Shown here piece by piece: positions 25,456 to 36,947 of a stretch of DNA of 64,000 nt. The notes under the pieces were generated by a model. The model did no database searches. It was not told the origin of the DNA and saw only the letters and a list, made by a program, of their open reading frames with translations. The position numbers and the translations under genes were made by a program. The stretch lies in the NCBI RefSeq assembly GCF_963921235.1, contig NC_086109.1:32738001-32802000 (forward strand), in the 5' to 3' direction. The stretch is from Mobula hypostoma (lineage: Eukaryota). The stretch's first letter is position 1; each line of letters begins with the position of its first letter.

Positions 25456-28400
25456 TAAGGCTCTGTTCTATTCCTTCCTTTCAGTTTTCAAATCCTCTTG
25501 TAATAAAGGCTAAACTATCATTTGCATCCTATTTGCTGGTTGAAATATATTGACTTTCACTGATTTGTGTACAAGTACTCTGTTCCTTTTAAGATCAACA
25601 TTACCCAATCACAGATACCATGTTTTGTTTTGCTACTCTGTGCCCAGAAGTGGATGATCTCGTAATTTTGTACATTATCTTCCATCTAATGTGCTTTCAC
25701 CTTTGACTCTCCCTGCTTGTGTCCCCTTGAACCTTCTTTACATCCTCCTCTCTACTCACAGTCCAAGCCATTTACTAACACCATCAGGTTTGGAAATACA
25801 GCATTTGGACCCTCATCTAAAATTTTGATCTAGCTAGTGAATAGCTGGACTGAAAACCAAACTTTGTAGTACCCCACTGGTCACAAATAGTCACACTTTG
25901 CTTCTGGACCAATAACCGGTTCTCAAAAAACATTTGCAAAACACAGTTTAATAACAATGAACAAGTGGGTATAGCGGACAGTGGTGGGTGAGAGAATTGA
26001 GCATCTTTGATCATGTATTTGGCATGAACTGTGATTCCCTTTTGAGGGACCAATCTAACTCGTATTCAGTTTGGGAGCTCCTGGAGCAATTGGGTGACAA
26101 ATCCAACATCGTCGTAAGGGTGAACCAGAATAATGACTTCTAAAGGAGCGGCCAGTAGAGATGTTTAGACATGGAGAGGGGAATAATAAACAGAACTGGA
26201 TTTATAGCAGTCCAAAATTTAACTATAGAACCAAGATATGCATTCATTGTCCACACAAATAACATTAATACGAATAACTATGGATCAACCTTTCATTCCA
26301 AAATGCAAAGAGATTACTGATTAATCACTCCAGCCTTTGCATATTCCATTGATTATTTAAATTTGCATCAGGGTCTTACATCAGTCAGAATCTGGAACTT
26401 GACTCTAAATCGGGAAGCCAATACAAAAGTTGCAGCAAAGTTCTGTAGCAGCCATACTGGAAGTGAGAACAAAGGCGTACTGCTTTCTTAGAGCAACTGG
26501 GTTCCATCTTTGCAAACGTCATGGAACCTGCCTACCCTCTGCGGTGGCATAACATTCCATATATCACAATTCATGACTTTATTGACTGAGCCTGTCACGT
26601 GATAACTGTACTCTTAATTTGGCAGGTAATTGTCAGTAGAGATTGCCGAAAATTTCACTGCATTCCAGATATAAATTATGTTCTGTAACATGTCCTTCCA
26701 TGTTCACAATTGCAAAAATACTTTGCTGTAAAGTTCTATCCTAGAGTTATAGAGCCATGCAGTCTTGCAGTCAAAACTCACAGAAACTGACCCAATGGCC
26801 TATTGTGTCAATGTACTGGCCACCAAGCATCAGCTTAAATTTACCCCATTTTCCAGCTCTTGCCCAAAACTTTGAACTTCCGGTGTTGAAGTAAATACTT
26901 CTTAAATAATATGAGTATACATGCATCCATCACTTCTTCCAGAAATACTACTTTTTGAATGAAACAAAATCTTCTTCAAATCCTTTTTATATCTTCCACC
27001 ACTTATCTTAAACCTTTCCATCCTGATACAGGCACCTCTACTCAGTCTCTCATCATAGATGAACTATACCATTCCAAACAATATCTTGGTGAATCTCCTC
27101 TGAACAATCATGTCTTTCCTATAGTATGGCATCTGTAATTGCACAAAACACATCAGATGGGACTCAAAAGTGGTTGATATAATTCTACCACATCCATATG
27201 CACCGGCTAACAACGGCAAGGACCCTGTACACCTCCTTAAACTGTGCCATTGTTTACAGTGACATGCACACCAAAGTCCTCTATTCTTCAGTACTTCCTC
27301 ATACAGTATCACCTTCTGTTTATTCTAATTTTATTATTCCTCCCAGAATGCATGACTTTACATTTGTCAAGATTAAATTACATCTGTCCTTTCTTTGCCT
27401 GTCTTATCAGCTGATCAATATAGTTCCATTGTTATAAGGTTTGACTAAAAACAAATGAAACTTCCATAAGAAATCAGCCAATCTTTAACAAGGCAAAGTT
27501 AATATTAATTTATAAAATGGAAAAGAAGAGTCAAATTGTTATAGATGATTAACTAACATAAAGGGTAGGTTCTTTAATCCTTTCGATCCGTGGTCCTTCC
27601 TGAATTCTGATTCATAAATCCTTGAATCACTTGATCAGGAGAGATGAATGAACAGATGAATATTGTGGTGACTGTGATAGAGAAAGCTTAATTTTTCCAA
27701 TGACATTGTAACCATCCAATGACATGAAGGAGAACTGTCATTAGGATGTCCAGACACGACAACTTCCAGAATTGTACAGACAGATGGGATGGGCATAAAG
27801 ACAATGAGTCATTTCAGAATACCTTAACGTCACCGGATACGACTACTGCCTTTGTCAGTGATTTTGATGACCATTGTTTTAAAGTTTCTTATTTGTCTTC
27901 TTTTTTTTTCACTCTTCACGTGGAGGCAGTGCTGAAATATGATTCATTAAACCTTAACAGACTTCCAGAATCTGACTTGCAGTAGCTGTGGCATTAACAT
28001 TTACACAATGCCTCCAAGAGGAGGTAGAGTTGATCACTTATTTGGAGCAGGGAAATGTTGAAGGAAGGCATGACTAAATATGTTAATCATGTAGGCTCAC
28101 AGTGTACTTCTGGAGCTCTGGGAAATGCAGCGCATCGGAATATCTCAAGAGGAAAATTACAAAGTTCAAGTAAGTGATGACTAAAAGGGAAAGAATGGGA
28201 GGTGCGGCAGGAACATGCAGTCACTTGTACTAGAGACTGAGTAAGGCATAGAGCTGGAAGAATCTGGAGAGTCATGGAGCACAAGAGAATTTTGTAATCA
28301 ATGTCCTCTGTTGACAAACTAGAATACCATTGAGGATAGGGACAGTAGATGAGCAAAAGTTGGGTCAGGTTAGGATGCAAGTCCAGAGATGGAACTTCTG

Positions 28401-28813
28401 TTGATAAGACCTCATAAAGTAATAAGGGTCAGAAGATTATTCCATTTTTGGAAGCATTCAGTGTGTAGTTATTAAATTAATATTAGCTACAGTAAAGTGC
28501 CCTATCTGATTAACTGCTTGCATCAAGGCAAATTATTTTGCCTGCCGTAATTTCCTTCACTGGGTTTAATTAAAGTAGTACAGATGAAAGATATAACGTG
28601 AAAGTGAACTCAAAAATTGGCAAAACTCAGGAGTTATATGGGAATTAATTTCAAACTTCAAAAAAAGTGCATACACTTTATTAGAAGTGTAACATTTGAG
28701 AAAAAGTATTTTTTCACTGCTTTTTATTTGTTTTATTTGTTGATTTAAAGCATATTCTTCAAGAGTCTCAGCAGCTGCTTTGGGAACTTTAGTTTGTGGA
28801 AGGTCCTCTAAAT

Positions 28814-29445
28814 CAGTGGTCCCCAACCTCCGGGCCACAGATTGATACTGGGTCGCGAAGCATGCAGGGGTGCAGCGGTAGCCGGAGCGCATCTGGCACA
28901 TCTTTAAGAAAAAAGCCTAAATAAACAAATTAATTAATTAGGTGCTGCCCAGTAGCCAGTCTTCATTAGAGGAACTGAGGTGGAGAGGGTCAATAACTTT
29001 AAATTCTTCGGCGTTAAGGGTCGACGTTTCTCTCTCTGAAAAGTGTCAGAGGATCTGTCCTGGGACCAGCACATAACAGTCATTACAAAGAAAGCACGGT
29101 AGCACCTATACTTTATTAGGAGTTTGTGTAGATTCAACATGTCACCTCGATCCTGACAGCCCTGTCTTTTCAGCCTGTCTGGCTGGTGTTTAAATTGACC
29201 AAACAATGGAACAGCTAAAGGCTCCAGCGCCCTGGAAAGAGGAGTGAACATCGTGTAGAGCAAGTGAAATCAGCAATTGCCTCCAATCTGGGCCGACATT
29301 TACGTGCCGGGCGGCACCTAATTAATTAGCTTGTTTATTTCGACTTTCTTCTTAAAGATCTACTGGATGCGTTCCAGCTACCGCTGCACCCCTGCATGCT
29401 TCACGGCCCAGTATCGGTCCGCGGCCTGGATGTTGGGGACCACTA
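28814..29445. mobile_element. hAT (Charlie-type) non-autonomous element with ~140-bp TIRs and 8-bp TSD
   Basis: Ends CAGTGGTCCCCAAC... and ...GTTGGGGACCACTA. TSD CTCTAAAT at 28806-28813 and 29446-29453. Confidence 0.92.
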
Positions 29446-30328
29446 CTCTAAATGACAGTAAACTCCATTGCTCTTTGTTGTGGAATAATATCTTAATTTG
29501 CTTCACAATGGCAACATCAAATGATGAATTGTCACTGTACCGTTAGGAAGTTTAACAAGAAATTTGAGGAGAAGCTTGACATGCTCTGTGGATTTGTAGA
29601 GAGGGCAATCTTAAAGGAGTGTTTAAAAAGTGGAATAAGGTGAAGTATAAAAGGAGAAATAGACACTGGTAGGGAAATAGTGACTTGTTGACAGCACCTT
29701 ATCAGCAGGTGGAAACAATTGTTAGACTGGTAACCCTACATTATGATTTTTAGCCAAATTAAAAAGTCAATGGAATCATTAGCATAAAACTCTTACAGCT
29801 AGCTCCTTGTCCATGAGCTTTTATATATATGCTAAAGGAAAACGCAGAGGGAGACATTGACTATCCACACACTTGATCTGACCATGATGCAGTGGTGGCT
29901 GAGGTGATCAGTACAGAATCAGCTCATAAGGAATCTCTGCGTGAGGCGGTGTTAAAGAGGAATCTCACTGAGAGAAGGATTGGGCAGTTCTTAAAGAGAT
30001 AGCAATTAATGGTTCAAATATTCTCTGAAAGTAGTCATGGACTCAGTCGAGGAAGGTTAGGTCTTGTATGGTGATGGAGAGAAAAAGGCCAAGAGAATTG
30101 TGTTGGTTCAGCGTGGATGAAATGTTGCAGAAGAAACCAGTTGTGGCACATCCGGAGATAAAAGAAGGAAAGAAAAGACCAAGAAGAAAAACAAACATGT
30201 TCTAGAATTGGTAAAATAACTCGGCACATATTGTATTTTCTTCTGTAATATAATCATCACTTCATGTTGGAATTTTAGATTTTAATCCATGTGGTTCTTT
30301 GCTCATAATGTTGATTTTGTATTCATAG

Positions 30329-30453
30329 GGTCAGACAGTCCTCAATCAACGATGAAAGATCGGTGTTGTTCGGTTATGTTACGTAAGCAGATGCTGGAAG
30401 AATCACTTGAGGCCTGTTTAAATGAACTGAAGCAACTCTGCTTACGTGAATCT
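30329..30453 (+). CDS. INAVA: INAVA coding exon 2 (start of the CUPID/DUF3338 coiled coil)
   Basis: (G)SDSPQSTMKDRCCSVMLRKQMLEESLEACLNELKQLCLRES; tcatag|...|gtgagt; phase 1 to 0. Confidence 0.93.
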
Positions 30454-30772
30454 GTGAGTATTATTAAAGGGGTTCCTGTTGGTTTTCATCTCCAGATTTA
30501 GCAATGATAAATATTTTTATAGTTGGTAGCAGCATCCATCTCATTAATGAATTATGTTGTGCAATAAATATCATAAAAATTTTAAAAAAAAGTAGTACAG
30601 CATATTAGCAAAGAAAGCATTAATCTCCATTGTTATTAGCTAAAGACAAGAATGCATTTTATTGAACATCTTTTATTGAGGACTTTTTATATTCAATGTT
30701 TATTAATGATATAAGTACTAGTCATTAGCAGCTAACTTCATCAATGTATGCTTCATTTTGCTTTGTCGTTAG

Positions 30773-30895
30773 GAGTTGACAGGATATTTGCCAAAAGAGT
30801 ATCCTTTAGCCGAAGGAGAAAAACCACCCACTGTCCGCCGACGTATTGGTACAGCCTTTCAGCTGGATGAACAGACAATTGCTTGCAAAGGAGAG
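30773..30895 (+). CDS. INAVA: INAVA coding exon 3 (CUPID domain core)
   Basis: ELTGYLPKEYPLAEGEKPPTVRRRIGTAFQLDEQTIACKGE, the ELTGxLPxEYPL..GE.PP.VRRRIGTAF signature of INAVA/CCDC120/FRMD4; cgttag|...|gtagac; phase 0 to 0. Confidence 0.95.
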
Positions 30896-32343
30896 GTAGA
30901 CTGCATTCCGCTTAAGATCAGCTGCTATTTCTTCACAAAACTGCATTACATTATATGCTGTCCTCTTGTGAAAAATTGCGGGGTGGTTCAAATAAAGAAA
31001 ATTCTCTTGCACTTTAATACCAATGCTAATGTTGTTTTGGAAGTACAAATGGTCTGCATAAATTGGCCTAGTTTGTTTGAGAAATGATTTCCATTTTGTA
31101 TCTTTGTTATGGCATAAGGATGCACGATAAAACTAACTAAATGCAATGGTCAAATCCAGGCATTAATTAATCAGTTTACAAATTTTTGACTTCAAGAGTT
31201 TGCTTTAACTTTATTGAAAACATATCTATGTAACATGCAAAAGCAAGGAAACCCACAGACAGTTCTTACTAGTTTTCCTACTTAACCACTTAAATACATT
31301 GTTCTGCAATGTAAGTTCTGTCAAACTTAAAGAGTCCAAATCTTATTGACATATTTGAAAGAATAATTCCTGTATTAGCTTGAAATTCAAAGGTAAAGGT
31401 AGATTGCTTGTTTAAATTTATTGTTTTACTTTAATGTTTTTAATTATTAATATGCATTTTAAGAATTCCTAGTTAACCTTGTTTATATTTTGAAAAACTT
31501 CCTAATTATTATTAAATATCTCCAAAGGTCAGAGATACCTACAAACCACTGAATGACTTTATACCTTTTACAACTGGCAAAGATGAGGGTCAGGGCTTTG
31601 CTGGCTATATATATAACAAATTCCTATTTGACTTCCACAGTCTTTCTTAAGGAACAGAATGTTGGTCAACAAAATTGGACCTTGTGTCTGATGTATATAA
31701 AGCCAAGATCCCAATTAATTTCATTGATGTAATGAGAATTTGTACAATTACAATTTAGCTATATCTTTCTTTGGCTCTGTTTATCTCTAAGTAGTTTGCA
31801 AAGGAAAACAGTTTTTATCTGTAGGTGCTTTCCTACTTCATAGAAAAGTACAAAATATGTCAGGTTTTCCAACACAGTTCGGAGCCATGGTGAGGCTAAG
31901 ATGAGGTTGGGAGAATAACAAGAGATTCCACTGGTTCATTAACATGTTGTCCAGTTATTAATATTGTAATACTCACCCGCATTTTCATTTTCATCTTGGT
32001 TGTTCTGATGCCAGATTGTAACTTAAACTTAAAATTTTTGCAAATGGTTGTACCTCTTAAGGCCAACGTTATCAGAAAATCAGAACACAGCTTAGTTAGA
32101 GAAAATACCAAACAATTCTTCATGTTTCTATAGTAACAATCCTATGCACACAATATCACATCGACTAGGATATACAAATTCACAGAAGTATTTTTCATCT
32201 GGAAGAACTGTTTCGGTCCATGAATAGTGTGATGAAAAGAGGTAAAGGAGCAGTTTTCTTCCGGGATAAAGCATGTGTGTTTTTCATGTGGAAACAGTAT
32301 TTTTGGACTGTAGTTCATTTTAATTCTGCTTATTACTTACTAG

Positions 32344-32569
32344 GACTCTGAACTTGACTGTCTGGAGCGAGATTTTGCCTTGCAATTACAGTTTGTGGAG
32401 GCAGCCAAGCGCCTTTCTCAAGAAGGAAATTTAAGCAGGCACATAAGAAAACAAAGAAAACATGCCTATAAAAAAGAACAAATTAAACTTAATGCAATCA
32501 AAAATGCTATAAATAATCGTAAAGCTATAATTGGTGGAAGAACAGCACAGTTAAGTAATATGGTTGACG
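32344..32569 (+). CDS. INAVA: INAVA coding exon 4
   Basis: DSELDCLERDFALQLQFVEAAKRLSQEGNLSRHIRKQRKHAYKKEQIKL...NMVD; tactag|...|gtaagt; phase 0 to 1. Confidence 0.93.
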
Positions 32570-32603
32570 GTAAGTTACAATTTTAACTTGTCTCTAATAT
32601 GTT

Positions 32604-33008
32604 ACATAGAAACATAGAAACATAGAAAATAGGTGCAGGAGTAGGCCATTCGGCCCTTCGAGCCTGCACCACCATTTATTATGATCATGGCTGATCATCC
32701 AACTCAAAACCCCGCCCCAGCCTTCCTTCCATACCCCCTGACCCCCGTAGCCACAAGGGCCATATCTAACTCCCTCTTAAATATAGCCAATGAACTGGCC
32801 TCAACTGTTTCCTGTGGCAGAGAATTCCACAGATTCACCACTCTCTGTGTGAAGAAGTTTTTCCTAATCTCGGTCCTAAAAGGCTTCCCCTCTATCCTCA
32901 AACTGTGACCCCTCGTTCTGGACTTCCCCAACATCGGGAACAATCTTCCTGCATCTAGCCTGTCCCATCCCTTTAGGATCTTATACGTTTCAATCAGATC
33001 CCCCCTCA
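32604..33008 (-). mobile_element. Young CR1 LINE, 5'-truncated (~0.4 kb)
   Basis: (CATAGAAA)n tail; RGDLIETYKILKG...FFTQRVVNLWNSLPQ; nearly identical to 36352-36947 and 44265-44660. Confidence 0.95.
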
Positions 33009-34570
33009 CCACAAATATGATGAAGAGCGTTCCTTCATTCCAGTAGAATGGCTTTTTCCTCAGGCAATAGTAATACAAACTGGCTTGTGTTAAGAGGCAG
33101 GGATGCCCAAAGCTCCTCTTGGATAAACTTTATGCAAAAAAAAAATGATGTCAGCTGGTATTTATGACTTTATCAAAAAAAGTTAATGTTAATACCCGTC
33201 ACATTATCCATGTGAATGTTTGGATTCAAGGGTCAAGATTTGGAAAGCACATGATTTCTTCTTCTGTCGTGAAGCAACGGATTCCCCGAAACACTGATTT
33301 TATCTACTGGAAACACAATTTAATTTCACTTTTTCCTTTCAAGTCTTTGAACTTTGGAAGGGATTTGGTTCAGTAAGCATGGCATTCTTCTGGTACCTCA
33401 CCCCACCAAAGTCAAACTCAACTGCAACGCAACTGCTTTCCAATAGGAGTAATCATACCAGGGTTAATATGATCATTAATCTAGCAATTAACTAATTGGT
33501 CCTATATCTGCCAATTGCTACACTTGCTAGTTAGAATATTTTGCTAGCTGCTTATTAACAGTTTAGTTTGTAATTGACTTGCAAAGGAAAACATCTGACT
33601 AGAGATACAAGGCAAAATCAACAAATCCCACAATCAGAAATAAAACACAATGGAAGCTGATATTTCACCTCAAGGAATGCCTTCTGTCATTGTCTGCTAT
33701 ATATAGATTCAGGTGCCAAGGCAGTCTTTGTGTCCAGTATTTTTGTTTTCTAGTTATTAAACAGTTGTCACATTATGAACTTTATTCTATGCTTAGCCAA
33801 AGTCTTCATTTTTCACACTGTTCAGGATAACTGGTGTATAAACGAAGAGAATTTATTTTTTTCAGTGCACATATGTAGTCAACCAGGTCCTGATTACTTA
33901 ATTTTCAACTCATATAGTTATTCTTTATTTAGATGTAGGGTCCATTTTGCAGACAGTGGGGACTTAGTAAGGTAATCGACTAATGAAACCACTTTGAGGA
34001 CTTTTTGTTATTCATATAGCTGACAATAATTATAAATATTTGTTTAGTGATGTTTTAAATGACTCATGATTCTCTAAGTCTGGTCATGTAGTTCTGAGAA
34101 GGGCCCGATTAATGAGACATCCACACTTTTAAGGGGAAAAGTTGGGTGTTGATGAATTTCAGGAAGGCAAATTCAAGGATGTGCAAAGACAGACAGAAGA
34201 ATTTTTGATGCCCAGAAGTCCCAGCTACTCCTGTGAACCAAGAAATATTACTGTCTTTCCTGGCTAGTGTTGGGTATCTGAAACCATGCTTGGGGTTGTT
34301 TTGTCTTCTTTTCTCCACTGTGAGTTGACTTTTTACATGTTTCTAATGTTAGAGTCATAGGCCACACAACACCAAAACAGGCCTGTCAGCCCTGGAGTCC
34401 TCACTGACCATCTAACTACTCATTTACTCTAATCCTGATTTATTCTTTCAAACCTCTCCCCCTCGCCACTTGCCAGCCCCTCCTCAGATTTGACCTCTCA
34501 CCTGCACATCACAGTCAACTTACAGTGGCCAATCAACCTATCAATTATGTTGAAGGAAGCTAGAGCACCC

Positions 34571-35049
34571 TGATTCCAGGGATGAAGGGGTTAACCTATG
34601 AGGAGAGATTGAGTCGTCTGGGACTATAGTCTCTGGAATTCAGAAGAATGAGAGGGGATCTTATAGAAACATACAAAATTTTGCAAGGGATAGATAAGAT
34701 AAAAGTAGGAAAGTTTTTTTCCATTGGTAGGTGAGACTAGAACTAGGGGACATTGCCTCAAGATTCAGGGGAGAAGATTTAGTACGGAGATGAGGAGAAA
34801 CTGTTTTTCCCAGAGAGTGGTGAATCTGTGGAATTCTCTGTCCAGGGAAGCTGTTGAAGCTTCTTCACTAAATATATTTAACATACGGTTAGATAGGTTT
34901 TTACATAGTAAGGGAATTAAGGGTTATGGGGAAAAGGCAGGTAGATGGAGCTGAGTTTACGGACAGATCAGCCATGATCTTATTGAATGTCAGGGCAGGC
35001 TCGATGGGCCGGATGGCCTACTCCTGCTCCTATTTCTTATGTTCTTATG
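34571..35049 (+). mobile_element. CR1 3' fragment of a second subfamily, inserted into a SINE
   Basis: VGETRTRGHCLKIQG..FSQRVVNLWNSL; (TTCTTATG)n tail at 35034-35049; SINE-like halves on either side (~34350-34570 and ~35050-35160). Confidence 0.85.
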
Positions 35050-36351
35050 AATCATGGGGAGGGTGTCTTGTCAGCTCCACACAACTAGCAGCACCTGAGG
35101 TAAGGACTGAACTAGGGCCTCTGGAACTGTGAAGCAGCAGCCCCACTAGCTGCGCCACTGGAGAAGTTTCAAATGGCCGAATGCTAATTCTGCTCCTATG
35201 TCTTATGTCTAATGGTCTATAAGCCTGTGGTTAGAGCAATTGCTTATGTTGAAGCAAATTTAATGATCCTATCATGATGAACAATTAGCAATCCGAGCTG
35301 GTGATCTGTCCCACATAGGTGTGACTTGTTTCTGATCTACAATAACAATACTCATATTATAATGGCTTTGATTTTTTAAGTTCCCCATCTTAGACATCAA
35401 AAATACATGACTTGTAGGTTTAACCGCATCACCTTTAAAGGTTGGCATTACATTGTGTTATGCTGTAATGTACTAGGTTCTATGTTCACCTTGGAATATA
35501 AGGTCTTTGCAAGGACATCGCACATTGAGGTCAAGTTGAAGTGTCTCTTGCAACGTTTGCACCAGCATCTTGGCATTCCCAGGTAGAGCAAATCTGCAGA
35601 ACTGATCCCGTTTGGCCCCAGGTACAACATATTCAGCTGGTATCTGAATCTGCCCCGGTCACCATGCGGCTCATCTCATCCACAGTTCTTGTCCCCTTCA
35701 TCATGTCCGTTTGCAGCAACGATTTTCCACTCCACAGATGCATGCTTTTCTCTTTCAGCCATTCTTGTTGTTGCTCATTATACCTTTCCCTTTTCCACCT
35801 TTTACCTCTGCTTTCACTGCTCATAGTTCCTTCCGTTTGCCACCCAACATTCCAAAATTCGTAGACGCCGGAACTCTGAAACATAAACAGAAAATACTAG
35901 AGACACTCAGCAAGTTAGGGAATATTTTTGAACAAAGACACAGACTGTGTTTCAGATCTGGGATCATTCATCAGAAAGGAAGTAAACAAGTTAATATTCA
36001 GTAACAGAGAAGGTGGGGAGGAATGGGTAGAATAACGAAGACAACTATCTTTGTTCTTGTTATGTTTGTTCTTAGTAAAGACAAACTTGCGAGGGTAAAA
36101 ACACTAGCATATTTTATTATTTACAGTAATGGCTCCAGTCCGACAACAGCGTGTGCCACCTGCTCACCAACATGACTTCCAGTTCCAAGAGATCCACCCC
36201 CATTGCACACTGGGAACTGAAGTTCTTTGTTATGTACACACCTAATAACACTATTCTACCCATCCCTCTCTCATGTTATCAGGATTTTCCTTCCTCCTGA
36301 TTGTGAGAGAAGCATTGAAAGACAATGCAATCTTCTGAGAAGTGGAATAGT

Positions 36352-36947
36352 TAGAAACATAAAAACATAGAAAATAGGTGCAGGAGTAGGCCATTCGGCC
36401 CTTCGAGCCTGCACCGCCATTTATTATGATCAGGGCTGATCATCCAACTCAGAACCCCGCCCCAGCCTTCCCTCCATACCCCCTGACCCCTGTAGCCACA
36501 AGGGCCATATCTAACTCCCTCTTAAACATAGCCAATGAACTGGCCTCAACAGTCTCCTGTGGCAGAGAATTCCACAGATTCACCACTCTCTGTGTGAAGA
36601 AGTTTTTCCTAATCTCGGTCCTAAAAGGCTTCCCCTCTATCCTCAAACTGTGACCCCTCGTTCTGGACTTCCCCAACATCGGGAACAATCTTCCTGCATC
36701 TAGTCTGTCCAATCCCTTTAGGATCTTATACGTTTCAATTTGATGCCCCCTCAATCTTCTAAATTCCAACGAGTACAAGCCCAGTTCATCCAGTCTTTCT
36801 TCATATGAAAGTCCTGCCATCCCAGGAATCAATCTGGTGAACCTTCTTTGTACTCCCTCTATGGCAAAGATATCTTTCCTCAGATTAGGGGACCAAAACT
36901 GCACACAATACTCCAGGTGTGGTCTCACCAAGGCCTTGTACAACTGC
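36352..36947 (-). mobile_element. Young CR1 LINE, 5'-truncated (~0.6 kb)
   Basis: Open frame 36449-36943 (YKALVRPHLEYCVQFWSP...); CATAGAAA tail. Confidence 0.95.

Noticed and set aside
30329..32569. Calling the gene FRMD4A/B or CCDC120
   Set aside because: The CUPID domain is shared, but no FERM exons were seen, and the MESKDEVSDxDSG N-terminus and SAPATPE motif fit INAVA. A phylogeny would confirm this.
33933..33971. Possible cassette exon in intron 4 (tttag|ATGTAGGG...AAG|gtaatc)
   Set aside because: In the phase-1 frame it reaches TAG and has no similarity to the protein family.
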